Below are positions 8,425 through 18,727 of a stretch of 64,000 nt of DNA, one piece after another. The position numbers and the translations under genes are program-made. Position 1 is the stretch's first letter. Every line of letters starts with the position of its first letter. Source of the DNA: Patescibacteria group bacterium (lineage in GTDB: Bacteria; Patescibacteriota; Dojkabacteria; GCA-002793355); contig BOKM01000001.1 in NCBI GenBank assembly GCA_016860985.1, positions 856,040 to 920,039 on the forward strand. The letters are read 5' to 3'. The notes beneath the pieces were generated by a model. It saw nothing but the letters and a program-made list of their open reading frames with translations. It was not told the DNA's origin and searched no databases.

Positions 8425-9864
8425 ATGGCTGTTATACGTATGTCGCTAGACGACTCACACTTTGTGTCAAAAAAACCAACAGAAAATGCGACTACTCCAT
8501 CTTCGCAACCATCAACTCTTCTACAAACAACCCCAAGGATTCGTCAACAAGTCCTCTCAAGAAACAAAAAAGGGCTGTCAAAAAAAGGCATGCTCGTAGT
8601 GTTTATTATTGCCTTTGTGGTGACCGCAATGCTTGGAGGAAGAATGCTTCTGAAAAACACCGGGCTTACGCCTGCAGGCGTTGGTTCGCTGGTTCCCGTA
8701 TTCAAGCCGGAATTGAAAAAAGACGAACAAGGGAAAACAAATATTTTGCTGGTAGGTATCGACACACGAGAATCAGGCACGGTTGAGCTAAACACCGATA
8801 CACTCATTCTTGCCTCGTATGATTCGACTACAAATCGTATTGCGATGTTGTCTTACCCTCGTGATCTTGCTGTATCCTATCCAGGAAGAACTGACCTTGT
8901 GAGAATTAACTCTATTTACGCAATTGCCGAAAACAAAAAGAAAGGTACTGGTTTAGAAAAACTGCAAGAAGTGGTTGAAACTGTTTCAGGTCAAAAAATT
9001 CATTACTATGCAATGGTTGACCTTAAAGGATTTATTGACGCAATAGACGTAGTTGGTGGCATTGATATCTTTTTGGAAAATGATTTATCAGGACTGTATC
9101 CTACCGAAGGTTTTTTGTATAAACGAGTGTCTTTCTCTCGAGGTTGGAATACGATGAATGGTCAAACAGCGCTTGAATACAGCCGAATTCGTAAAGATGT
9201 AAAACCAGCAAGCGAGGGGTCTGACTTTGGGCGAGCAAGGCGGCAGCAAAAGGTAATCCAAGCAGTGATAGATAAGGTCTCTAAGTCAGAGACACTACTT
9301 GATGCAGGTAAAGTACTTGAATTGGTAAGTGTTGCTTCCAAAAATTTGAAAGTCAGTAAGTTTGGAACTGAGGATATTCAGGCAGGAATAGCGATAATCA
9401 AAGACAAAGGAAAGCCCAATTCTTATTCGTATGTATTAGATCTTTATGCAGGTGGAGATTTGGCTCGTTTGATTGATGTTGTTAATTATAATCCATACCT
9501 ACTTGGACCCAAAACTGGTGCAAATAACTGGACAGAAATACAAAAATTCACCCGCCTTTACTTTAACGAACCGCAACTAGCCACAATGATCAAGGATGTG
9601 CTTATTTATACAGATGGAATGGAGTCATCAACCGGGAAAGCTAACTCGTTCAAAAAACAATACTACTATGCCGATACCGTTGTTTCTTCGCAAAGTGTGC
9701 TTGGTGTTAACTCACGGGGGAGTGTTTATGCAGTGGGAGGAAAACAATACGAACAAGTTGCTCGATTTGTTGCAAAAGAACTTGGGCTCGAGTTTAACCC
9801 AACGCTGCCAGAAGAGATTCAGGTGCTTGACGAGAAGGAATTTGCAGTGGTTGCAGTGTTCTAA
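8425..9864 (+). CDS. LCP (LytR-CpsA-Psr) family glycopolymer transferase
   Basis: TM helix, then NILLVGID, NTDTLIL, SYPRD, RINSIY, ALEYSRIR, SDFGRARRQQKVI. Confidence 0.95.
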   Translation: MAVIRMSLDDSHFVSKKPTENATTPSSQPSTLLQTTPRIRQQVLSRNKKGLSKKGMLVVFIIAFVVTAMLGGRMLLKNTGLTPAGVGSLVPVFKPELKKDEQGKTNILLVGIDTRESGTVELNTDTLILASYDSTTNRIAMLSYPRDLAVSYPGRTDLVRINSIYAIAENKKKGTGLEKLQEVVETVSGQKIHYYAMVDLKGFIDAIDVVGGIDIFLENDLSGLYPTEGFLYKRVSFSRGWNTMNGQTALEYSRIRKDVKPASEGSDFGRARRQQKVIQAVIDKVSKSETLLDAGKVLELVSVASKNLKVSKFGTEDIQAGIAIIKDKGKPNSYSYVLDLYAGGDLARLIDVVNYNPYLLGPKTGANNWTEIQKFTRLYFNEPQLATMIKDVLIYTDGMESSTGKANSFKKQYYYADTVVSSQSVLGVNSRGSVYAVGGKQYEQVARFVAKELGLEFNPTLPEEIQVLDEKEFAVVAVF

Positions 9865-9885
9865 CTTACGTGGGAGAATCGCGGT

Positions 9886-10752
9886 ATGTTTGGAATCATA
9901 TATGGTTTATTAGCTGCTGTTGGTCAAGGGTTGGGCTATGCAGTGTTAAAGAAAAGCTTTTCTGAACGCCCTGCTTCCTTGGCATATTTTTACGATATGC
10001 TGCTAGGTATTCTTATTTGGGTACCTATTTCATTGGTGTTAGGAATTCAGTGGGATATGTTGTCTACTGTTTTTTGGTATGCCTTACTCAGTGCGTTGCT
10101 GGCAGAAGCTTTTGTCTTTTTTGTATTGTCAAAAGGTGATATTTCGCTGACTCAACCGGTATTTTCGACCTATCCATTGTTTACGTTACTTTTCTCTCGT
10201 GTTGTTAACGGAGATATTTTATCTTTACCAGTGATTATATCAATCGTTTTTGTAATGGGTGGAATCATAATTCTTGCTTTCCCGGCCACTTTCGATAAAG
10301 CAGAACTAAAAAAACGTGCCCTACTATTGTGGCCACTTGCCGGAGCTATTGCTGTTGGAATATCGGATAGTGTGTCAAAAAACATATTGGATAAAACTTC
10401 AACAGGCACTTTCCTGTTCTCCCTTGCCTTTGCACAGATTCCAGTAGCAATTGGTTATTTGTGGGCGGAAAAACAGAAGCTTACTGATGTCGTCGACATG
10501 TTCAGAAACTACAAAACCTATCTTTACTCGTTTCTGGGTTCTTTTTTTATTGTAAGTTCACTCGTATTCTTCTGGCTTGCCTTTACGTATACCTCGGCAT
10601 CGATTGCGTCTCCACTTACTGCGACATATGTGGTCTTTGCCCTACTCTTTGGTACACTCATTGTCAAAGAAAAAGTAGCGCGAAAGGATATCATCGGAAT
10701 AGTTATCACTGTACTCGGCGTATTAGCCCTCAGTTTTCTTGTTGCTCAATAG
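9886..10752 (+). CDS. EamA/DMT family transporter
   Basis: About 10 TM helices in two repeats; GDISLTQP, ASIASPL, LIVKEKV. Confidence 0.9.
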   Translation: MFGIIYGLLAAVGQGLGYAVLKKSFSERPASLAYFYDMLLGILIWVPISLVLGIQWDMLSTVFWYALLSALLAEAFVFFVLSKGDISLTQPVFSTYPLFTLLFSRVVNGDILSLPVIISIVFVMGGIIILAFPATFDKAELKKRALLLWPLAGAIAVGISDSVSKNILDKTSTGTFLFSLAFAQIPVAIGYLWAEKQKLTDVVDMFRNYKTYLYSFLGSFFIVSSLVFFWLAFTYTSASIASPLTATYVVFALLFGTLIVKEKVARKDIIGIVITVLGVLALSFLVAQ

Positions 10753-10756
10753 TTGA

Positions 10757-12073
10757 TTAGCTAATCACTTTTGCTATTTCTTCCAGTGAAATTGCTTTCT
10801 GCTCTTTGGTACGTAAATCCTTGAGCATAACAGTCTGATTCTTTTGTTCTTCTTCGCCAGCAATTACTGCGTACGGTATTCCCTTTTTGTCGGCGTACTT
10901 GAGTTGTTTGTCGAGCTTGTCGGGAGCTGGATACAAATCGGTATTTACACCTGTTGCTCGCAATTTGCTTGCAACTTCGTACGCATACTCAGTTAGTTCA
11001 GTTGAGCCACCTGGGAACTGCGTTACAAGGACTTTGGTTTTTGTTACAAGCTCAGGTAAAAGATTCCAACCCTTCAAGAACTCACCAAGCGTAATATCTC
11101 CCATAGCAAATCCTGTTGCAGCCAAGTCGAATTTCCCATAGATATTGATTAATCTATCAAAGCGTTCGCCTCCAAACATTGAGCGTTTGTTTTCTGGGTT
11201 TTTATCAAAAACTTCGTAAACGAGGCCGTCGCTATAATCAAATCCTCTGATGATTGCTGGATCAAATTCACAGTATTTTATGAGATCTCGTTTAGTGAGT
11301 GCCACGGTAAGTGCTTTTAGGTTTGCGTAGCCTTCGTTTTGTTGCAGAATATTCGTTGGAATAACTTTGTCCAGCGATTCAAATGTTGTGTTCATAAAAG
11401 CTTCGATATCTCTTGCTGCTGCTTGAGTAATCCCAGCCTCGGTGAGCATTTCTTCAAATTCTTCTGCACTTACCTTCTTTCGCTTATCCATAAGCCTGCG
11501 GGCGGTGAGCTGTTGGTCATCCGATAACTTGAGGTAGTCATTAAGCAAAGCAGTAATAATTCTGCGGTCACTAAAGTAAATACGGTACATTGATTCATCT
11601 GCTTTGAATTCCTGCATTATTGTGATGATAAGCGAAAAAATCTCTAGGTCAGCAGATACTTCTGGTACACCAAAAATGTTGGCTTCGAGTTGGTAAAACT
11701 CTCGACCTCTACCCTTTTGAGGTTTTTCAAAACGCCAGTTGTTGCCAATCATGAACCATTTAATCGGCTTTTGCAGTTCTGGGTATCTTGCAGCAATCAT
11801 TCGTACGGTACTTGGAGTTAACTCAGGGCGAATGGCAACACTTCTGCCCCCCTTATCTTCGAAGGAAAACAGTTGGGTATTCACAATTTCTTCTCCTGAT
11901 TTTGATGCAAAAACCTCTAGATTCTCAAGAACTGGAAAATCGTATTCTTCAAAGCCAAAACGCTCGCAGGCCTTTTTCCAAGTAGAAAATATATAGTTAC
12001 GTAGTCGCATCTCTTCAGGATAAAAATCTCGAGCACCTTTGTAAGGTTGAGCTGATAAGTAGTTTGAGTTCAT
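10757..12073 (-). CDS. hisS: Histidine--tRNA ligase
   Basis: KGARDFYP, IRPELT, WRFEKPQKGRGREFYQ, RGFDYSDG, GGERFD, KQLKYADK. Confidence 0.98.
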   Translation of the reverse strand: MNSNYLSAQPYKGARDFYPEEMRLRNYIFSTWKKACERFGFEEYDFPVLENLEVFASKSGEEIVNTQLFSFEDKGGRSVAIRPELTPSTVRMIAARYPELQKPIKWFMIGNNWRFEKPQKGRGREFYQLEANIFGVPEVSADLEIFSLIITIMQEFKADESMYRIYFSDRRIITALLNDYLKLSDDQQLTARRLMDKRKKVSAEEFEEMLTEAGITQAAARDIEAFMNTTFESLDKVIPTNILQQNEGYANLKALTVALTKRDLIKYCEFDPAIIRGFDYSDGLVYEVFDKNPENKRSMFGGERFDRLINIYGKFDLAATGFAMGDITLGEFLKGWNLLPELVTKTKVLVTQFPGGSTELTEYAYEVASKLRATGVNTDLYPAPDKLDKQLKYADKKGIPYAVIAGEEEQKNQTVMLKDLRTKEQKAISLEEIAKVIS

Positions 12074-12143
12074 TATTCAATTATAACAAGTAAAATAGGT
12101 AATTAGTATTGTGTGGAATTGCTTTAAATTTGGAAAACAAATC

Positions 12144-12458
12144 CTATTGGCTTTGATGCTTATCGGTTTCGGATTTGTTTTTTAGGCGATCAATAACCAG
12201 TTGGTAGGTTCCATTGCCCCGTTTTAACCATTTGTTTACTCTAGTTACCGTTGCGATGCTAATTCCTGTCTCTTTTGCAACGGTCCTCTGGCTTTTACCT
12301 TCTGATAGTACCTGAGCAACTCGCAAACGCCCTAAAAATTCTGCGATTTCGGCCTCTGTAAAGATATCTTTAAAAAATAGTGAAAGTTCCTGTTCGTTTG
12401 TAAGCGTTCGAAACACATTAACTAAAAATGTTATGTTTTTTTCAAGTGCTCGCGTCAT
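12144..12458 (-). CDS. TrpR-like (YerC/YecD) DNA-binding protein
   Basis: FFKDIFTEAEI..RLRVAQVL.EG.SQR.VAKETGISIATVTRVNKWL.RG.G.Y; ATG 12458 follows TATCAT by 6 nt. Confidence 0.92.
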   Translation of the reverse strand: MTRALEKNITFLVNVFRTLTNEQELSLFFKDIFTEAEIAEFLGRLRVAQVLSEGKSQRTVAKETGISIATVTRVNKWLKRGNGTYQLVIDRLKNKSETDKHQSQ

Positions 12459-12475
12459 ATTGTAATGATACAATA
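12458..12475. promoter_or_regulatory. 18-bp palindrome over the -10 box of the TrpR-like gene (candidate operator)
   Basis: TATTGTA-ATGA-TACAATA, perfect 7-bp arms. Confidence 0.55.
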
Positions 12476-12530
12476 AACGGGCGAATATTGCAATTTTCGA
12501 CAGGAGTTACGTGTGAAAAATCTGTTAAGT

Positions 12531-13325
12531 CTATTTTTTTGCGACGCGTTCAAATTCCTTTGCCACTTCTTCTAATCCTTTCTGGTTTAGGGAGGTGCAA
12601 TCGGTAAACCATGTGTCAGAAGTATCAAGTCCGTGACCTTCGAAGTGCTGCGCAAGACCAACGATTTTAATCGACTGTGGGTAGATGTTGCTTAGTTCAA
12701 GAATCGCTTCGTTTATTTCATTAACTGCACTCTTTGTATATTCAGTACCGTAATTCGGGATTAATCCCTTACAGAGTGTTGCATCGCCAGTTCCTCCTAA
12801 TGGATCAGGAAGTGTTGCAAGCAGTACGGTGTATCCCTCGGGAAATACTCCAGGACGGGCGGAAGTGAGATCTAAAAAGGTCGAAATTTCTTTTACAACT
12901 TTTGTAGCAATACTGGTAATTGACTCTTTGTTCGTAATCCCGTTCAGCAATGTATTTTGACCTGTAATCGCTGTAAAATAGACATGTTCGGTAATTGGCT
13001 TTGTAAGGTCGTTATAACCAAGAACCGCTTGGTCCCGAAGTGAGGAAATAGTTCTCCCTTGTTCCGCTCTGCTGGTTACTTCAATTTTTCTTGATTGCTT
13101 GGTTTGCAAATAGTCAGAAACTCGTTGCGTATACAGGGGGACGCCATCGGTCGATTTTTCGCCAATTGATATGACTGCTTGAACTGTTGAAGAAGAGGCG
13201 CTCGAAAAGAGTGATACGTCAAACTGGTTCTGCCATAAAAACATTCCTCCACCGGTAAGAACTGCCCCAATTGCGAGAATCCCAATCGATTGAGTGACTC
13301 TTTTTTTTGTTGTCGCAGCCATCAT
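12531..13325 (-). CDS. Membrane-anchored SGNH/GDSL-fold protein with degenerate catalytic residues
   Basis: TM anchor; blocks IGEKSTDG (cf. GDSxT), AEQGRT, GQNTL (cf. GxND), DCTSLNQKG (cf. DxxHPNxxG). Confidence 0.6.
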   Translation of the reverse strand: MMAATTKKRVTQSIGILAIGAVLTGGGMFLWQNQFDVSLFSSASSSTVQAVISIGEKSTDGVPLYTQRVSDYLQTKQSRKIEVTSRAEQGRTISSLRDQAVLGYNDLTKPITEHVYFTAITGQNTLLNGITNKESITSIATKVVKEISTFLDLTSARPGVFPEGYTVLLATLPDPLGGTGDATLCKGLIPNYGTEYTKSAVNEINEAILELSNIYPQSIKIVGLAQHFEGHGLDTSDTWFTDCTSLNQKGLEEVAKEFERVAKK

Positions 13326-13424
13326 ATAACACGAAAGCAAAATTATATGCCGTTGCCCTAGTGTACAACATTTCAGGTGCTTGGCATAGTATTGATTTCT
13401 TTTCAGATTGTGCAAGAATGATAA

Positions 13425-16400
13425 ATGAAAAAAACTGCTCTGTTTTTTGTTGCTGTGCTATTTGCAACCACTATTTTTACTACTTCTTCAGTTGCTGCGG
13501 CAACGAAGGAGTTTGGAAGTGAAACGGTTATCCCACTGGTAAATCCGGATGATACTAGTGCAGATAATCAAGTCAGTGGTACGGTTGAGGATAGTGCAGG
13601 AAATTTCTTCTATCGACATACAAATCAAAATCCAGACAAATTGCGAAAAATCGCGTCGGACGGAACTCATGCATGGACGATAGACTTACCTGCAACAGAA
13701 ATAAATGGGTCTCGTTTAGTACCGGATAATCAAGGGGGAATTTATTATCTTTATTATAAAAATGACCCTTCTCCTTCAGTACAAAGTATGTATTTAACAC
13801 ATTATAATGCAAACGGTACAGCAAATTTTACAGAAACGGAGTTGTTGAATACGGCATTTTCGGTACAGACGGAATACGCAGCCGCCAGATCTAATGGAGA
13901 TTTGTATATCATATTTGCAGAACGCAACCATGGAGATTCATTCGGAAAGGTTCTCAAGTTCAAGGTAATGGTTGTAAACACAAGCGGAGCGATCCAAAAT
14001 ACAATGACCACAAGGACCCTAAACCCTACTGAGCATCGATAGTGTACAAACAGAGGGACTTCGTACGAAGTTCCATACGACCTCCCCTATAATGGTGGTG
14101 TTTTGTGGAGTGCCTGTTGGGAATGGTGTCAAACACAGTTCTTATCAACTCCAGGTACGTGTCAATATAATGCTGATGGTCCTCGAAATTGTTGGGTTAA
14201 TGAATTTCCTGCTGGTGGTGTAGATAACTGTAGTTGGAGCGATTTTGGAAGTGCACCACCCTATTCCGGCTATTCTGGAATGACACAATCTCAAGAAACA
14301 TCAATTGCCGAAACCTTCTTGTCATACAATACACTTGATAATGTCTACCCCATGCTAAGTATACAAAAGGCAGTTTCTGTGAGTGATGGTCTCATTCTCT
14401 ACTATTACCTTTACGAAATGGATTATGACACTACCCCCTCTACCAATACGGCGAGTTATTACATTCAAAAACTTGATGCGACTGGGGAACCTCAATTTGC
14501 AGGCAGGGGAATTGATGTGACTGCTATTCAAGCAGTGAGCGAAATTGCGGATGTGCATGTTTACGAAGATGGTATCGTCACAATCGGAAATTACGATACG
14601 GATCTAGATGGTTATGAGGATACGGTAAAAATGCAGAAATACGATTTCAATTTGACTCCTGCATTCCCCGGAGATGGCGTTGAAGTCTTTCAGCATATTG
14701 ATCCTGCAGTTGGAGTCTACGCGTATTCCACCATGTCTGGCAGTAAAGTAGGCACCTTAATCGAGCTTTGGCATGATTCAATTCCAGCGTCTGGAAATGT
14801 ATATAAGGTTTATACTCAGACAATGGATTTGCTTGGGAATAAGCTCCTTGATACCAATGGTGTTCTTATTGCCGATAGCTCTGATAGTCCAGAGCCAGAA
14901 TATGCATGGGATATTTACCCCGATAATAACGGTGGATTTTACTCATTGGTTTACTATCTTGCGTCTACGCCAAGTCCTGATCGAGTATTTAGGCTTACGC
15001 AAGTAACATCATCAAATGAGATGAAATATTCAACTATTCGAGGGCTACAACTCCCCATTAGTGACAATGATGGATCTCGTATGGTAGTTACTGGCACAAC
15101 GCCATATATATTCGCCTACGGTTTTGGCCCGTATTTCCAAAAAACATATGCGCTGCGTGATGTTTATCAGGTAGACCTTGCAGATGGCTGGACTGCCATT
15201 AATGTAGAAAATGACCGTAACGTCGAAGCAAGTTCAGACTATGGTGCAGATGATGCTACTGTCGAATTGCATATCAAAGTTGGAGGAGAATTAGTTGCTG
15301 GCCCGACTATAGATTTAACTGCCGATAGAAACTGGCTGACTGTCGGAGGGAGTGTTGATGCACCAAATTACAAGAGTATCTTGTTTAATCTCTCAAATGC
15401 AGCGGGAGTAACGGCAGGGCAAAATGTAATGTATGTTCCAAGTCACGCAGATCATCCGAATGTTCGTGTCTGCCCAGGGGCAATAAGTGGGTTTGAAGTG
15501 ATTACTGCTGATTGTGCTGATGGAGTAAATTTCGACGACGGTGATACTCGCACTGTAACGTATCAGTCTGGTGATGCATCAATAACGGCAACAAAAGTAA
15601 CTGTTGATAGTGCTCCATATTGGAAGTTAGTCGGAGCAAAAGGAACAGGGGCTGTAAGCGGTACTTATCCTACTGCGTCTGCGAGTGTTCCTACAGTAAC
15701 GAGTGACAGCGTGGTCGGAATTATTAGTAGTGCAGCCACAGTAAACGGAAATGTCACTAGTGATGGCGGCTCTGCCATCACCGAACGAGGTGCGGTGTAT
15801 TCGAGTACCTCAACTACTCCAACGCTTTCGGACACAAAACAAATTGCGTCTGGTACCACAGGAGCTATGACCTTTGCCATAGTCGGCTTGCAATCTGGTA
15901 CACACTACTACCTGCGAGCGTACGCCACCAATGCAGAGGGGACTGCCTACGGGAGTGTAATTGAGTTTGACACTCCAGCATCGGCAGGTACCAGCCCAAC
16001 AGTAACCACAGGAGCCGTAAGTAGCATCGGAGAAACGGCGGCAACAGTGGCGGGAGATGTAACCTCAGATGGAGGAGAAACCATTACTGAACGAGGTATT
16101 GTGTTCTCCTCATCGAACAATACGCCAACAACGGCAAACGGAAAGTTTACGGCAGCAGGAACGACTGGTGCCTACACGGCAACTTTGACCGGCCTGACGC
16201 TCAATACGATCTACTACGCGAGAGCGTATGCGATTAACTCAGAAGGAACAAGCTACGGGAGTGTGGTAACGTTTAAAACGTTAGAACCGGCAGCCCTTCG
16301 AAGCGTGTACTTTACCTTCAGTAAGTTCCGCTACAACAAGTATGCATCGCCAACGGCACTTCGTTCTGGAGATACGGCATATATCAAGAACTACAACACA

Positions 16401-16637
16401 AGCAAGATTAAACTGATACAGGTATTCTTGTACGACTATGCGAAGAAAGGGAACCAAGGGTTTACCAAGTCAAGAGTAACGACGACCTCGATGTTCCTCA
16501 GAACTAATTACAACCTTCCGACGGGTAAGCGATATGCCTACGTAATGAAGTTCCAAGACAAGGCAACAGGGATTGTAGCCACCAAATACTTTGTGGTGTA
16601 CACGACCAAAACATGGAATGGGCAGAGTACGCTGTAG
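13425..16637 (+). pseudogene. Large secreted modular surface protein (1070 codons) with a single in-frame TAG at 14040-14042
   Basis: ORFs 13425-14042 and 14103-16637 share a frame (offset 678 nt) and the 20 codons between them are open. Signal peptide, propeller-like repeats, Cys-rich insert, two FN3-like repeats, basic C-terminal domain. Confidence 0.8.
15690..16280 (+). repeat. Tandem pair of fibronectin-III-like domains
   Basis: PTVT..ATV.G.VTSDGG..ITERG.V.S....PT....A.GTTG...GL...T.YY.RAYA.N.EGT.YGSV..F.T occurs twice (~15690-15975 and ~15996-16280). Confidence 0.85.
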
Positions 16638-16676
16638 TGTGGGTTGCATCCTAACCCATAGTTGCTACAATAGGCA

Positions 16677-17993
16677 ATGCGTTTTCTGATTGTAACTCCA
16701 GAAATGGAGGACACAAATTATCGTGGAGTGCAGTTTGTCACCAAGCATGTGCTTAGGGGGCTGTCTGAACAGGGGCACGAAGTAGTCTTGTTAACTAGCC
16801 ACCCGAAGGTCAAAATAAACGTTAAATCAGAAAAGTTACGATGGCGTGTACTCAATACTTATTTTCGGCAGTACTTACAGATAGGTGCGCAGTTAACTAA
16901 AAGAATGGCTCCGCGGGCAGGTACTTTTACTAGTATTTTCAAATTCCTTGTTGCTCTTTTCAGAAAGGCTCCAGTTATTGTAGTGGATAAAACACAGACC
17001 TCAGGATTGAACTTAGTAAAATACATCGATAAAGCTGTTAATCTTCCTTTCTTTTACCGAATGGCAGTTGCAATGCCAAAATTTTTTAGAAAACTAGCTA
17101 TCGAAAAAATTGCAAAACAGGTAAAAGCAGATGTCGTTTACTATACCTTTCCATTAGCTGTTCCTAAACTCTCTTCTAGCAAAGTTATCCATATTATCTA
17201 CGACCTTATCCCATACGAAATAACTGAGGAACCGGTAGAAAACGAATGGCTAAGTAAACTTGCAAAACGAATTGATTACGTTTCTCATAACTCTGATCTT
17301 ATTTTTACTATTTCTCAGGATTCTGAAAACAAGATAAAAGAAGTTGAGCCGCATGCAAAGGTTATGAATATTGGCGCAGCTATGTCGGCCTTCGAATACG
17401 AGCTCGCTGGGTACACTCATGACTCCCCCGTTCTCATAAAAAACAACCTCGTTGGAAAACCTTACCTCCTCTTTATTTCTTCAATCGAAAGACGAAAGAA
17501 CGTTCACCGATTGCTGCAAGCTTTCGTTTCTATTTCCGATAAGACTGATGCTTCACTCGTTATTGTTGGAAACAAAACAGGCGCGTTTAAAGGAATTGCC
17601 GAGGAATTGGATGGAGCTCCGAAAAGTGTCAAAAAGCGAGTTATATTTACAGGTTGGGCATCTGAGTACGACAAATACTCTCTTTTGAAGAATTGTGTTG
17701 CCCTCGTTAACCCCACTCTGTATGAAGGTTTTGGTTTGCAGCCTCTTGAAGCAATGTTAAATCACATTCCTGCAGTTTCTAGTGTTGCAGGTGCGCTTGC
17801 CGAAGTTTGTGGTGACGCTGTCCTAAAGATTCAAGATCCTTATTCTGTACCTGAAATCGCCCATGCCCTACTTCGAATTCTTGAAGATAAAAATCTTCGG
17901 CAAGAGTTGGTCAAAAAAGGAAACATTCAGTCTCAAAAATATACTGAGCAGGTAATGTACAAGCGAATCAAAGAGGCTCTTGAAGCACTCTAG
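16677..17993 (+). CDS. Glycosyltransferase family 4
   Basis: IIYDLIP, SSIERRKNVHRLL, PTLYEGFGLQPLEAM. Confidence 0.93.
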   Translation: MRFLIVTPEMEDTNYRGVQFVTKHVLRGLSEQGHEVVLLTSHPKVKINVKSEKLRWRVLNTYFRQYLQIGAQLTKRMAPRAGTFTSIFKFLVALFRKAPVIVVDKTQTSGLNLVKYIDKAVNLPFFYRMAVAMPKFFRKLAIEKIAKQVKADVVYYTFPLAVPKLSSSKVIHIIYDLIPYEITEEPVENEWLSKLAKRIDYVSHNSDLIFTISQDSENKIKEVEPHAKVMNIGAAMSAFEYELAGYTHDSPVLIKNNLVGKPYLLFISSIERRKNVHRLLQAFVSISDKTDASLVIVGNKTGAFKGIAEELDGAPKSVKKRVIFTGWASEYDKYSLLKNCVALVNPTLYEGFGLQPLEAMLNHIPAVSSVAGALAEVCGDAVLKIQDPYSVPEIAHALLRILEDKNLRQELVKKGNIQSQKYTEQVMYKRIKEALEAL

Positions 17994-18727
17994 ATCGTGT
18001 TGGTTGCGCTTTTGTAAACCTCAATGCCCTCTTTTACTGAGTTGTAGGTAGTTACTTTGCCTTGATTTACAATAAGTAATTTTTTGCAAAATCCTTCAAT
18101 TGTTGGTAAAGAATGCGAGATAAGCAGCAGTGTTTTTCCTTGTTGCTGTAACCGTTGAAAAATCGCTTTACTCTTTTCTTGAAATGCCAAATCACCTACT
18201 GAGAATACTTCGTCAAGTAGGTAAATGTCTGCTTCTGACATAAAAGCGATAGAAAAAGCGAGCCGTACTTGCATTCCAGACGAATAATTTTTTAGAGGCA
18301 AGTCAATAAACCGTTCTAGTTCAGCAAATTCGACAATTTCATCAAATTTCTTTTCTAAAAATTTGCGGGACATTCCAAGTATGATGCCGTTAAGAAAAAC
18401 ATTCTCTCTCCCGGTTAATTCTGGGTTAAAACCGACCCCAAGCTCAAGGAAGGGAACAACCTTACCTTGAATGATTATCTTTCCAGAATCGGGGAGATAA
18501 ATTGATGCAAGCAACTTTAGGAGTGTTGACTTTCCAGCACCATTGACTCCTACAATTCCAACGGTATCACCATTTTCAATTTCGAAACTACAGTTATCGA
18601 GTACTTTTAATGTATCCTGCTCTCTTTTTGTAGCAAAAGGGTTTGACAGAAATTCGGTAATCGATGTTTGTTTACGGTGTGGAATCTTAAACGACTTCGA
18701 GAGATTTTTGACTGTTATGGCAGGCAT
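17990..18727 (-). CDS. wzt: Polysaccharide ABC exporter ATPase (Wzt/TagH-like, no C-terminal CBM)
   Basis: GVNGAGKST, LELGVGFNPELTGRENV, YSSGMQVRLAFS, LLDEVFSVGD. Confidence 0.93.
   Translation of the reverse strand: MPAITVKNLSKSFKIPHRKQTSITEFLSNPFATKREQDTLKVLDNCSFEIENGDTVGIVGVNGAGKSTLLKLLASIYLPDSGKIIIQGKVVPFLELGVGFNPELTGRENVFLNGIILGMSRKFLEKKFDEIVEFAELERFIDLPLKNYSSGMQVRLAFSIAFMSEADIYLLDEVFSVGDLAFQEKSKAIFQRLQQQGKTLLLISHSLPTIEGFCKKLLIVNQGKVTTYNSVKEGIEVYKSATNTI

Noticed and set aside
13425..16637. Diversity-generating retroelement target
   Set aside because: No reverse transcriptase or adenine-specific repeat pair in the window; the FN3 repeats differ at all base types
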